A DNA stretch of 64,000 nt from Mobula hypostoma (taxonomy: Eukaryota), in contig NC_086101.1 in NCBI RefSeq assembly GCF_963921235.1, positions 90,148,001 through 90,212,000 on the forward strand, given 5' to 3'. The notes under the pieces are model-generated. The model worked only from the letters and a program-made list of their open reading frames with translations. It had not been told where the DNA came from and ran no database searches. Each line of letters opens with the position of its first letter. The stretch's first letter is position 1. The position numbers and the translations under genes are program-made. This document shows, piece by piece, positions 38,053 through 51,466 of this stretch.

Positions 38053-38913
38053 GAGGGATCAGAAGTGGAGAGAGTGAGCAGCTTCAAGTTCCTGGGCGTC
38101 GAGATCCCTGAGGATCTAACCTGGTCCTAACATATCGATGTAGTTATAAAGAAAGCAAGACAGCGGCTATAATTCATTAGGAGTTTGAAGAGATTTGGCA
38201 TGTCAACAAATACACTCAAAAACTTCTATAGATATACCATGGAGAGCATTCTGACAGGCTGCATCACTGTCTGGTATGAGGGGGCAGGTGGCGTTACTAA
38301 ACAGGACTGAAAGAAGCTGCAGAGGACTGTAAAACTAATCAGCTCCATCTTGGGTACTAGCCTACAAAGTACCCAGGACATCTTCAAGGAGTTGTGTCTC
38401 AGAAAGGCAGCGTCCATTATTAAGGACCTCCAGAATCCAGAGCATGTCCTTTTCTCACTGTTACCATCAGGTAGGAGGTACAGAAGCCTGAAGGCACACA
38501 CTCAGCAATTCAGGAACAGCTTCTTCCCCTCTGCCATCCGATTGCTAAATAGTCATTGAATCCAAGAACACTACCTCAGTTTTTTCTTAATATACAGTAT
38601 TTCTGAGTTTTGAAAGTTTTTCAATCTATTCAATATACATATACCATAATTGATTTACTTGTTTATTNNNNNNNNNNNNNNNNNNNNNNNNNNNNNNNNN
38701 NNNNNNNNNNNNNNNNNNNNNNNNNNNNNNNNNNNNNNNNNNNNNNNNNNNNNNNNNNNNNNNNNNNNNNNNNNNNNNNNNNNNNNNNNNNNNNNNNNNN
38801 NNNNNNNNNNNNNNNNNNNNNNNNNNNNNNNNNNNNNNTGCATTGAACTGCTGCTGTTAAGTTAACAAATTTCACGTCACATGCCGGTGATAATAAACCT
38901 GATTCTGATTCTG
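38053..38913 (+). mobile_element. Rex1-type LINE 3' fragment spanning the assembly gap
   Basis: LLPSGRRYRSLKAHTQQFRNSFFPSAIRLLN; (TTCTGA)n tail. Confidence 0.85.
38668..38838. other. Assembly gap (171 N)
   Basis: Run of N. Confidence 0.99.
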
Positions 38914-39939
38914 AAGAACTGTCCAAAGTTGATTGGAAGGGAACATCATCAGAGAAGATGATTGAACACAAAAGTCTGGAATTTCTGGGGGAAATTCAGC
39001 TGGCACAGGAAAGATACATCTCAAAGGTGAAGTATTCTAAATAGAGGACGGGACAACCGTGGCTGACAAGGGACGACAAAGACAGCATAAAAGGAAACGA
39101 GAGGGCATGTAATATAACGAAAATTATTGGGAAGTTAAAGGATTGTAAAGCTTTTAAAAGCCAATAGAAGGCAACTAGAAAGCCATAAGGAGAAAAAAGA
39201 TAAAATATGAAGTACTGAAACGTCAGGTTCAAGCATAGCTACTTCCCTTCAACCATTCAGTTCTTGAACCAACTGGCAAATCATTATAGTTTAATCGCAC
39301 TATGACCACTATATTTTCTGTTCTAATTGTGTTCTTTCTGATAAAAATGTGTTTTATTTCTGTTTGATTTATGCTTATCTTGTGAATGTGCCTTATAGGA
39401 TGCTGTTGCAAATAAGATTTTGCACAAAATGTATTTGTGCATATGACAATATACTTTATTTTGACTTTGAAATCATGACTCTGAAGATCAGTTCAAATTA
39501 CTTGAATCCCTCACTAGTGAGATTGGAACTAGATGTGGAAAAATTAAATCGAGTTGCCATTTCAGCATGTAAAGTCACCATCAAAATTTTCCATGAAAAA
39601 CTATCATTTATCTAGGAAAGAATAGCAGTCAATAGTTCAGTTATCTGCAGTCGTTAACTAACCTCTCATTAGCTTCAACACAGATGTGGTCACGTACAAG
39701 ATCACAAAAGTCAGAATGATGTTTCCTTCACTCTAGGCCAGGACTTCTATGTTAATGGTAAGGGTCTAGGGCACAAAAAAGGTTGGGAGCCCGTGAATTA
39801 GGCTATTTTCATCTTCCATGGCATCAAAAGTTATAAAATTATCAAATTCTATATCACAGAAAGACACTGTCCTATCAATCGTGCTTCAGCTAGTTCCTGG
39901 AAGGAATAATCTAATTAGGCTTACATAGCACTCTTTCTC

Positions 39940-41150
39940 TCTAGGCTCAGAGGATCACCTGTCTACAGACTACAGAACCTGCCATCTCCAACGCTGGCAG
40001 CCATGGACGTCCCCAGACCGTGAACCCTGCTGCCGATTTCGATGGTCCCAACAAACCCAAGCATATTTAGAACCTGGTTCCAATGCCTCCAGACACCTTC
40101 AAAGTGCCAATTGTGCAACCTGCAACTCCGACTCCAGCCTGGACCTTGACTGACAGAACCTCCAGCCCGGGATTTTAAGTGCTGCTGCTGGAACCATAGT
40201 CTCCCCTTCCCACCTACCACCACTCTGCAGCCCCATGTTTCTCAGGTCCCACTGTCAGCTCTTGAATCCTCACAGACTCCATCTTCCTCCCACCCCACCA
40301 TCCCTGAAAACCCCAACCCTCCCCTCTCCTCAGACACTAACGATCTTCTTCCCCCTTTTGATTCCTTCTCTCACCCCTGCCGGGTGGTCTCAATTCCCTC
40401 TGACATTCTCCTCTCTGAGGCAAAATGTGCTGTCCTCAGTAAGGGCCTCACCTTTGTTCCTCTGTGCCCACACCTCAGTGAGTTCCGCACCCACCGTAAC
40501 GCTGAACTCTTTTTCTGCTGCCTCCACCTCCATGCCTACTTCTTTAGCAAGGACTCTCCAGCTGTACTAATGACCCTTCTCCCATCTTTAATCTGCTTCC
40601 TCCTTCTGGACACATCACTCAGGTCTTCTGTAAGCTCTGGACCTTGCTAATTGCCAATGAAACGTCAACTGTTTCAACTTTACCACTCCTCTCTCCAATT
40701 CCAAACTCACTCCTTCCGAACGCACAGCTCTCTATTCTCTCCTCCTAACAAGAAAAGCTAATTTATCTCAACTAGCCTCACCAGTGAACCCACAGATAAG
40801 TGGGATGGCTGTAGTAGTCTGACGGACCGACCATTACCTCACCAAGGTCAGATGACAACTCTCTGACACCTTCTTTTACTTACCCCTCGAACAGGACCTC
40901 ACTAAGGAGCACCAGGTCATTGTCACCTGCACCATCACAGATCTTATTAACTCTGGAGACCTCCCATCTACTGCAGCAACCTCATAGTTTCCTTACCCCA
41001 CACCTCCCACTTGTTAAAATGCCATCCCCTTCTCTCAGTTCCCCCGTCTCTGCTCTCAGGATGACTTTTCATTCCAGAACTACTGAGATTTCCTCCTTTT
41101 TCAAAGAAAAGAGCTTCCCTTCCTCCACCATCTACGTTGCCTCATTTATC
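39940..41150 (+). mobile_element. Penelope-like element fragment, internally deleted
   Basis: LSEAKCAVLSKGLTFVP N-terminal motif; later part matches the inverted segment at 25494-25650. Confidence 0.75.
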
Positions 41151-41169
41151 TCAGTTGAGATAAAAGTGC

Positions 41170-42560
41170 TTTTCTTGTCTGTCATCGTGGACTGATTGCT
41201 CACCACAATATTAATCCCAGCATACCAACTGCTGCTGAAAATGGCGAAACCAGTCAAGAGGACCATCACTATATAGCTTAATGAGGCAATCTCTTTGCTT
41301 CAAGACCATTCTGAATTGGCTAACTGGCAGCTGCCACAAAATAAAGAAGACACAGACCTAGAGGAATACATTATGCCTCATCTGTCACCGGCTTCATCAG
41401 TAAGTATGTAGATGATGCTGGTACTTTAAAGCAGTCTTCTCACAGCCCAACCAGAAGCTATGGCTGAATGCAGAGGTGCACACCCTACTGAAAGCCCAGG
41501 CCACTGCCTTCAAATTTGGTGACAGAAAAACTTTCACAGCAGCCAGGAGAAACCTCATCTTGAGCAACAAGAGGGCAAGGACTGCCTATGCACAAAATAT
41601 TCAGGAATGCCTGTCTGATAATGATCCCCAGTGTACGTGGCCAGACGTCAAGGGAATTACTGACTATTCATGGGAAACAGTGTTGACTGTCCCAGTGATA
41701 CCTCCCTCCCTGACACTCTAAACAACTTTAATGCATCCTTCAATGCATGCAACACAATGCCAACCATGAAAGCCACTCAGGTGAGCAGCCATTTTCTGTT
41801 ACAGAAGCAGACGTGAGAAGGAGAGAGTCAACCCCTGTAACGTTGCTGGGCCAGCCAACATCCTAGGCTGAGCACCTAGGGAGTCCGCACACCAGCACAC
41901 TGATGTCCTTACAGACATCTTCAACACTTCACTCATATGGACTGCTGTCCCCACACGCTTCAAATCAGCGCCCATTGTCCCTGTACCAAAGGACTCGACA
42001 CCGTCAGACTACCATCCGGTGGCATTGACGCTAATCACCATGAAGTGCGTTGAATGGGTAATGGCACATATCAAAATCTCTGTTCCTGCCACATTCGACA
42101 CTCACCAATACATTTACTGACAGAACCACTCTATCATAGATGCTACAGCATTTGTCAGACATCTGGTCCTGAAACATCTCAAAAACACAAGGACCCTTAT
42201 GTCAGAATGCTGCTTCTGGACTTCAGTTCTGCATTCAACATTATTGTCCCACAGATGTTGGTGAACAAACTCCTGCTCCTTGTCTAAATATACCACTTAC
42301 TACTGGGTGCTGGACTTGCTAACCGACAGACCGCTAATAGTCAGGATGCACAGTCACTCCCCCCTCCCCGTCATTGTCAACACGGGTGTCCCGCAGGGCT
42401 GTGTGCTGAGCCTGTTGCTGTACACTCTGTTTACATATGACTGCATGGCCAAACACTTGAGTAATCACATTGTCAAGTTTGCTGATGACACAGTAATTGT
42501 GAGGCTCATCACCAACTACGCTGAGATGGCCTACAGAGAGGAGGTGGAAAAGCTCACACC
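41170..42560 (+). mobile_element. Rex1-type LINE RT remnant
   Basis: YVRMLLLDFSSAFN, TGVPQGCVLS, VKFADDT. Confidence 0.88.
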
Positions 42561-42569
42561 CCTCTTCAC

Positions 42570-43800
42570 ATCAGAATCAGATTTCATATCAGCAGCATAC
42601 GTTGCAAAACTTGTTATTTTGCACCAACAGTATATTGCAATATATAACAATAAGAAGTATATATAGAAATATGTGTCTTCAGGTTCCTGTACCTCTTGCT
42701 TTATGGTAGCAATGAGAAGACGGCAAGTACTGGGTGATGAGAGTCCTTAATGAAGATGCTTCTTTTTTGAGATATTTCTCTCTTGAAGGTGACCTTGATG
42801 CTGGGGAGTCCAGTGCCCAAGATGAAGCTGGCTGAGTTTACAACTTTATGCAGCTTTTTCTGATCCCGTGCAGTGACCCCTCCACACCAGACGGTGAGGC
42901 AACCATTTAGAATGCTCTCCGCGGGACACCTGTAGAAATCTGCAAGTGTCGTTGGTGGCATACCAATTCTGCTCAGGCTCCTAATGAAATATAACCGCTG
43001 TTGTGTCTTCTTTATAATTGCATCAATATGTTGGGCCCAGGATAGATCCTCAGAGATGTTGACACCCGGGAACTTGAAACTGCTCACCCTTTCTGCTCTG
43101 ACCCCTCATTGAAGACCGGTGTTCATTCCTTCAACTTACTCTTCCTGAAATCCATTCCTTGGTCTTAATAATGTTGAGTGCAAGGTTATTCTGCGACACC
43201 AGCTGACCTATCTCGCTCCTGTACACTGCTCGTCACCATCTGAAATTCTGCCAACTATAGCTGTATTGTTGTCAAATTTACTGATGGTGTTTGAGCTGTG
43301 CCTAGACACACAGTCGTGGATGTAGAGAGAGTGGAGCCGAGAACTAAGCACTCATCCTTGAGGTGCACCAGTGTTAATTGTCAGCAACGAGGAGATGCTT
43401 TTTTTGATCCACGGAGGCTATGATTGCCCAGGGGGGAAGTCAATGATCCAGGTGAAGAGGGAGGTACAGAGGACCGGTTTTGAAGCTTTTTGATTAGAAC
43501 TGAGCTGTTGTCAGTAAACAGTAGCCTGACATAGGTATTACGATTGTCCATGTGATCCCAAGCCATATAGAGAGCCAGCGAGATTGCATCTGCTGTAGTC
43601 CTTTTGTGGCAATAGGCAAATTGCAGCCAGTGCAGGTTCTTGCTTAGACAAGAGTTGATTTTAGCTCTGACCAACCTCTCAAAGCACTTCATCACAGTAG
43701 ATGTGAGAGCTACTGTGTGATAGTCATTGAACCAGTTCATCCTGTTTCTGTTGGGCACTGGTATGATTGTTGCCCTTTTGAAGCAGGTTGGACCACCAGA
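42570..43800 (-). mobile_element. Rex1-type LINE RT remnant, opposite orientation
   Basis: ALTSTVMKCFERLV, LQFAYCH, QQRLYFIRSL; TCTGATTCTGA tail at about 42571. Confidence 0.88.
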
Positions 43801-44092
43801 CTCAAAGTCACATTTGCCAAGAAGAAACGCTGATAAACACTTCCACACACTAAGCCAACTTTCTATATCTCCAACTACCACTACTTTATCATTTCCTGTC
43901 AGTCAGCTTAAGTATAGACACTCTTGTGTAGAACATCACTTTATGAACAAGCAATCAATCTATGTATATAAGCAATCTTATGTTTTTATATTTATTGTGC
44001 TTTTATTATTATCTTGTTCTTTATCTTATGGTGCAGCATCAGTTCTGGCGTAACAAATATTTTGTCTCCTTTACACTGATGTACTAGAAATA

Positions 44093-44610
44093 TAGCTGGG
44101 GGTCACAGTGGGTATAAGCTCCCACTGCCTATTAAATGCTCCCAGTGATTTGCAACTCAAATAGCCTCTGACAACCATGTCCAGCTCCCGGCCTTCATGC
44201 GTGGCTTAGTTACTAACCACAGCAGAACTATGTCTACTGACAGGAGAAGGGGCAAAGACAGGTTATGGTGCCTTAAAACCATTGCTTCGGCAGATGGGGT
44301 TCGTCAGCCATGGTTGGCAACTCATCCAGGAGAAGAAAAGCTCTGATCTCAAACCTCCGCTGCCTTGTGGCTCTAACCACTCATGGGGAAGTCTTTGGGA
44401 GTAAACCCCGAGGGAAAAATCCAGAGCTGGGGCCCCTAAGGCAGTCCTAATTGAGTTCAATGCTGACTGGCAACTCCTGCAATACAGTTTGTCCCAAGCT
44501 GCATCGGTCTCTGCCATTCCTTTGGGTTCATCAGTTGTGTGGAGAGTGGGAGCTTGCTACATGGGCAACAGCTCACTCTCCATATTGTATTGCCCAGGCT
44601 TGCAACATCC
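44093..44610 (+). mobile_element. ~520-bp non-coding retroposon (family uncertain, possibly RTE/Vingi-related)
   Basis: Flanked by AAATA at 44088-44092 and 44611-44615 inside a LINE tail; second copy at 10234-10650; structured 5' end. Confidence 0.7.
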
Positions 44611-46119
44611 AAATAACATTAAACAACCTTGAATCTTGAGATGACTTAAAGTTGTTCAAATTGTGTAGCTTTCATAATATTGCAGTATGCTTTTCAAATC
44701 AATTTTTGCTGAACTGGCAGGGCTATTTTTGAAAAAAGCAATACCACCTAATTGTATTCTCATTGTCCTCTGCTATTACCTGACGTGCCTGTTATTAGTT
44801 TTTAAAAGGAACTAAAATGAATACTTTGAAATAAAACAACATAATGTAGACTTTATTGAAATGGATTTCAAGTTATGGATGTTGGTCATCAGCCAGGTAC
44901 AAGTATTTTTAGCAGAACTGAGTTTCCCTTAACAAATTTATGAAGAGATTGAAAAACATGTGAAGTGATGCACACATATAATATATTCATTGCCTGAAGG
45001 CAAACATGATTTTGACATTATTATTTGACCGTGTCATTATTTATTTGCAGGAGCGTGTTATCTGATAATTTCTAAATACTTGTTCATATTTAATTTGTGT
45101 TCTGTAATCATTCTAATTTAACCAGGGTCAATAATAAAATTGTTGTGGGTGTCGTGTTACAAACAATCAATATTAAGTTTAATACTTTACATCCCACATT
45201 TAATTATCCATTTGGATATAACATCATGTTCTTAATTAGCTAATTGACTGTTTTCTAAAGAGCTCTGCCATCTCTTTTACACCCACTTTGAGGCTGTATT
45301 TTCATGCATTTTAAAATTAGGCAAGGACAGATTGTTACTAAATTAAACAAGTTTCGATATAATGTAAAAATAGAAGTAGCTTTGAATTTGAAATATCAAG
45401 TGAGACATATATTAAAAATAAGTAATTGTTAAAAGTTTGCAAAAGGAAGAGGAGTCTGTTCTCATATTTTTTTTCATAATGTAACAGTTCCTGTTGTGAA
45501 ACATTCAACTGCGATGCATGAGAACACTGAGATGACAGATGGGGTGATATTCCATTTCACTAACTCTATCAGGGACGTGGGAGACCCGCTGCTGATGGTT
45601 GACTCGGTTCCAGGATTCCATTGTCAGAGATGTTGACACCAATTCATCTCCAAGGATACATATATCGTCCCGCGAGTCAGGTCGCCTTTAGTTACTTCGG
45701 GTTTTCAGAACTGACAAGTGCAGCTTTTGCCTCACTGTCTGCAAAATAGAAGGTTGGGCAAATAGTGAAACTTACTGAACTCAAAAGATTCCCTGTCAAA
45801 TATGCAGATAATGTACTTTTCAATCATTTCCCTGACTGGCACAGCGATGGATACAAAGCCCACTAAACATTGATTTTATCAACCCAGACATAAGATTTCT
45901 GAGGTAATTGCTCACATTTGCAGTCCAATCCTGTGAAACACTTGTCATCAATATATGGACAGAAAGTTCCTCACTGTTTCTGCCATTCTGCTGCACTAAT
46001 CCCACTGGACATCCAGCAGAAAATGGGAATACCATGAAAACACTGAGGAAGTCCTTGAAAAACATGATTAGCTATCATATTTTTTTTTTAAATTCGTACT
46101 AAAATGCTTTGAACAACAT

Positions 46120-46440
46120 GTGGTGCAGCTCATAGAGCTGCTACAACACAGCTCCAGGGATCCAGCTTTAATCCGGACCTCTGATGCCATTGTGTAGAAC
46201 GTGCATTTTCTTTCTGCGATTACACATGCTTGCCATGGGTTCTCCGGTTTCCACCCGTATTCCAAAGGCGTGTGAGTTGGTAGGCTAATTGGCCAATGTA
46301 AATGGTGTACAGGTGTGTGATAGAGTCTGGCGGAGGTTGATGAATACATTGGGAGAATGTGAAGGGATAAATACAAATGCATGTTTGATATTCAGCAATG
46401 ATTCAATGGGCTGAAAGGCCAATTTTCATGCTACCTTTTA
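46120..46440 (+). mobile_element. V-SINE-type SINE
   Basis: CTCCGGTTTCCACCC...GGTAGGCTAATTGGCC core. Confidence 0.7.
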
Positions 46441-46584
46441 CAATATATGACTTTGCATGTTCCTATCATATCTTTAAGGACAATTCCAAAAGAATAGATT
46501 ATAGGGAAGCATTGTTTAAAATGTTATAGGTATTTCCTTGGGCCTTGTGAGAGGCCTCAGTACCAGACAGCAAAGATTGCCAGG

Positions 46585-47525
46585 TCCAAAGTTCAAAGTT
46601 GAGAATAAATTTTTTATCGAAGTACATACATTGTATGTCACTATATACAACCCTGAGATTCATTTTCTTGCAGGCATTCACAGTTGAACAAAGAGATACA
46701 ATATAATCAATCAAAAACTGCACACAAAGTCTGACGGACAACCAATGTGCAAAAGAAGACAAACTGTGCAGACAGTAAAATAAATAAATAAATAATACCA
46801 AGAGCATGAATTGTAAAGCCCTTGAAAGTGAGTCCATAGGTTGTGGGATCAGTGCAGAGTTGAGGTGAGTGAAGTTATCCATGCTGGTTCAGGAGCCTGA
46901 TAGTTGAAAGGTGATAACTGTTTCTGAACCTGGTGTCATGGGACCTAAGGTTCCTGTATCTCCTTCCCAATAGCAACAGCGAGAAGCGAGCACAGCCTGG
47001 AAGGCAGCGGTCCTTCATGATTGATGCAGCTTTCCTGCGGCAGCTCTCCTTGTAGGTGTGCACGAGGGTGGGGAGGGCTTTTCCTCTGATGGGTCTGGGC
47101 TGCACCCACTTCTTTTTGTAGTCAATACTTCGTTTCAAAGTTCAAAGTACATTTATTATCAAAGTACTTATATGTCACCATATACAACTCTGAGATTCAT
47201 TTTCCTGTGGGCATACAGTACACGGTAAATCCAAGAAATGCAATAGAACCAGTGACAGACTGCACTCAACAGGGAAGATAAACAACAAACATGCAAATGA
47301 CAACAAATTGTGCAAGCACAATAGAAAAAAATAATAAATAGATAAACAATAAATATCGAGAACATGAGATGAAGAGTCCTTGAAAGTGAGTCCATGGGTT
47401 GTGGGAACAGTTCAGTGATGTGGAAGTGAAGTTATCGCCTCTGGTTCAAGAGTCATGGTTGAGGGGTAATAACTGATCCTGAACTTGGTGGTGTGGGTCC
47501 TGAGGCTTCCGTATCTTCTTCCTGA
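46585..47525 (-). mobile_element. Two tandem Rex1-type 3' ends
   Basis: CAAAGTTCAAAGT tails at about 46586 and 47135; GRRYRNLRSH; match 4166-4560. Confidence 0.8.
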
Positions 47526-47559
47526 GTCACAGCAATCAGGAAAAGCAAACTGAGTGTTT

Positions 47560-48710
47560 CCCATGGGCGAGCTGCCACAATGACAATCACCTGGCAGAGC
47601 TCACATCTACCTTAACAATGTGCTTTGAGATGTTGGTTATGACTAGAATTAACTCCTTCCTGACCACGGACTTGGACTTGCTGCAGTTTGCCTGCCACCA
47701 CAGCAGTCTTACACCTGACATGCTCTCACTGGCTCTCTGGTTTGGAGTGCTTACTCAGTAGCAAAACATATGTCAGACTAGAGTTCACAGTTTGACTTCA
47801 ATTGCAGGTCAGTGTTCAAGACCACCATCTCTCAGTACTAAACACCATGCTTCGAAAGCTGGGCTTTAGTACCTCCCTCAGCAGCAGGATCCTGGACCTT
47901 CTCATTGTGAGACCACAATCAGAGCAGATGGATAATAAATTTTCTTCCTTGCTGATTGTCAACACAGGAGCACCTCCAGGATGTGTGCTTGGCTTATTGC
48001 TCTACATTCTCTACGTTCGTGACAATAGGGCAAAGGGTATTTCAAATGCAACTTGTAAGTTTGCAGTTGACACCACTGTTGTTGTTAGAATCTCAGAAGG
48101 CAGTGATTGAAATAGATCGGCTGATTAATTGGTATCACAAAGCCAACCTCACACTCAATTACAGCAAGATCAAGGAATTGCTTGTGGACTTCAGAAAGGG
48201 GAAGCCAGGAGACCACACACCAGCCCTTGCTGAGGAGTCAGCAGCAGAAAGAGCGAGCAGCTTCAAGTTCCTGGATGTCATGTCAACATCTCAGACAATC
48301 TATCCTAGGCTTAATGTATTGATGCAACCATGAAGGCAGCATGCCAGAGGCTCTGCTTTATCAGAAGTCCGAGAAGATTGGATTGTCACCAAAGACTCTT
48401 GGAAATTTCTATAGATATACCATGGAGGACATTCTGACTGGATGCATCACTGTCTCGTATGGCGGCTCCAATGCACAGGGTGGCAGGAGGCTGCAGAGAG
48501 TTGTAGATGCAGACGGCTCCATCATGGACACCACCCTCCCCACCATCAAGGACATCTTCAAGATGTGGTGCCTCAAGAAGATGACATCAATCACCCGGAC
48601 ATTGCTACCATCAGGGAGGAGGACAGGCATCTGAAGATGCGCACTCAATGATTCAGGAACTGCTTCCTCCCCTCTGCCATCAGATCTCTGAATGGTCCAT
48701 AAACCCATGA
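47560..48710 (+). mobile_element. Rex1-type LINE RT remnant
   Basis: NTGAPPGCVLG, KFAVDTT, KELLVDFRK, LLPSGRR. Confidence 0.85.
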
Positions 48711-48811
48711 GCTGATGATATCTTTCCGTGTCCAATAGCCAAGGAGACCAAGAAAAACAAAGTATATCCTTAGGCCTCCCATGTAGACTTGAAGGAAAAC
48801 AACCCTATCAT

Positions 48812-49638
48812 TTCAAAGGTTTCTAAGGTACATTTACTGTCAGAGAAATGTACACAATATACAGCCTAAAATGCTTTTTCTTCGCATCCATCCTCAAAAA
48901 ACAGAGGAGTGCCCCAAAGAATGAACAACAATTAAATGTTAGAACCCCAAAGTGCCCACCAGCTCCCCTCCGTCCTGCACGTAAGTGGCAGCAAGCGATG
49001 ATCCGCTCTCCCCACAGTGGCAAAAAAAGCATTGGCACCCGCCACCAAGCACTCAAACGTGAGCAAAGCAACAGTAAGGACACAGATTTGCAGATAACCC
49101 CAAAGACTACAGTGTTCACTCAGCATTCTACATGCCACAGGCACTCTCTCTCCCTCATAAGGGAGAAAGTGTTGTCTCCGTTTTCACAGCGAGCCAGGAG
49201 ACATACAAACAACTCGTTGGCTTACGATGTTAAAAGTCCATTACATCGCATTTTTTGAGCTCTGTGACCAAAGATCTCGAGTCTCTGAGCACATAGCCAT
49301 AGATATTCTGACTCCCCAGACGACACATGGGTCTCCTGCCAGGACACCAACCTTTCATCTGCCCGTCTCCAGAGCCCTGAAATTCTAGGCCTCCAAAGCC
49401 GAGCTGGAATCATAGGCTGAGCCCTTGGCGTGCCGATCAGCGGCCGGTTATGAAATCGCAAGAGCAGGTCCCATTCCTGCAAAGAACCATAGTCAGCATG
49501 TAACTCCAGGTCAGGGTCTTCAAAAGAACATTGAAAGGGAAAAATAGAGATATTAAGAATGGAAATAGAGCTGTTTCTGAAGATGCAAGCAAAGGAGTTG
49601 CCATTTAGCGCCGTCATAAATCTGCTCCACTTCTATTT
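48812..49638 (-). mobile_element. ~820-bp non-autonomous retroposon, copy 3
   Basis: Reverse complement colinear with 3029-3849; flanked by TATCAT at 48806-48811 and 49639-49644. Confidence 0.85.
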
Positions 49639-51187
49639 TATCATGTCCCAGTGTCTAAAATAAAAACTGAAAATTGTGGAGATACTCAGCAAATCAAACT
49701 ACATCTGTGGGAAGCTTCATATCAAAGATCCCTCAAATACCAGTCTGGACCTTGAACACCCGGCCTGTGATGAATGCCAATGGCCCTTTCTTCTCACCAC
49801 ATGTTCATGACCAAAAGCTTCATTCTAATCTCATGCCTGATGTTCCTTATTTCTTGACTAAATTCATCCTCATATACCACTACCCCAACCACCTATCTCG
49901 ACCCAATAGTGTGCAGTGGTTAAACTTCCAGGATTTTTCTCTCAGTCTCATCCACTCTCCTTCCTCCAGCCGATAACTTCTTTCCTAACTTTTCCTGATT
50001 CTTCCCTATCCCAATTTCTTAATTTTGGCCTCTCTCACAGCTCTTTCTCTTCACCCCTCAGAATCTCAGCCTCTGCAGTCTGCAAGGACTCCACCAATCC
50101 ATATTTAAATATCTCCTCACCACCCACAATATCTACCTCCATTCTGTGCTGTAGTGCTCTATGACTGTGTGCGTTGCAGGTACGTGCTAGCTTTCCTGTA
50201 TTCAAACTCAGATGACATTTCTGGATTTTAATTTCCCCCACACACACGTTAAGTGACTTCCTCTCAGCTTCTTTGCAATCCCCCACCGCAATGTGCTCCA
50301 TTTTACTGGCACTAGCATTTCAAGGCATACATAAACTTTGGGCTAACATCCATAGATAGCGTGTGTGCTTGTAGAGTCGCAGAGTCAACAAGCACTACAG
50401 CACAAGGAGAGCCTCTTCAGCTCATCTAATCTGTGCTGAACTGTGCAAAAAGCAGAACAGAACATTACACCTATTCTATGTTTCTGGTAATTCCTGTTTA
50501 TACAGTAACTCAAAATAGCTAAGTCCATTAAATGCTTTACAATGCTTATGAATAACATTTGTATATTGTTTTGGTAGGACACTTTATATTAAAATCTCCT
50601 CTGAGTAATATACAAGCTGGTAAGGAGACAAAACCAACAATAAGTAAGAGTTCAAGCCAATGTTTGAGCAGGCTAGATTTCCCATGGTAAAAACTAAATG
50701 AATTTCAGTTTCTGTATTTGATTTCAAGATCCACAGAAAGCAATCCACTCAGCAGCAAGACAAAACCCCATCTCTGGTCTGTGTGTCTGCCAGATGCTGC
50801 AATTTCCTCCGAAAAATATGCAAGCAGGTTCTTTGGCTGCTGCAAGTTACCCCTAGGTATGGGTAGATGGCACAAAAAAAAGAGTTGGAAGAAAGAGCAT
50901 GTTGCAGTGCCACAGGGAAAATAAGGAGTAGGGAATGTGAGTCTTAGTGTAGTTCTGCCTTGAGTGAACATAAATCAGATGAGCCAAGTGGCATCCTCTG
51001 TGTGCAATTTTTACTGCCCGTTATAATTTATTCATATGTAATTTACGTTTTGTGTGTTGTCTGAACCTATGAGTTTGTGATGCTGCTGCAGGGAAGTTTT
51101 TCATTATATTCATTTCAGATTTGTGATAATAAAATAAGTAAGCACCTTTAACTTGTCTTTCCTGTATCCATCCGTTCCAAAAATTAA

Positions 51188-51466
51188 GGCAGCACATTAG
51201 CATAGTGGTTACCACAACATTTTACAGCACAGGCGACCCAGGTTCAATTCCCATTGCCTCCTGTAAGGAGTTTGTACGTTCTCCCTATGACTGCATGGGT
51301 TTCCTCCATGTGTATCAGTTTCTTCCCATGGTCCAAAGTTGTACTGGTTGGTAGATTAATTGGTCATTATACATTGTTCTGTGATTCGGCTAGGATTATA
51401 TCGGGAAATTGCTGGGCAGTGTGGCACAAAGGGTTTATTCCATGTTGTATCTCAATAAATAAATAA
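51188..51466 (+). mobile_element. V-SINE-type tRNA SINE
   Basis: TAGCATAGTGG A box, GGTTCAATTCC B box, (AATA)n tail. Confidence 0.8.

Larger units (their letters stand above)
36800..39200 (+). mobile_element. Degenerate CR1 (esterase and endonuclease) interrupted by Rex1
   Basis: VHIGTND, VVISGLLPV, GSSDHNM; CR1 sequence resumes after 38913. Confidence 0.8.

Noticed and set aside
38610-38971. ORFs containing X runs
   Set aside because: Artefacts of the N gap
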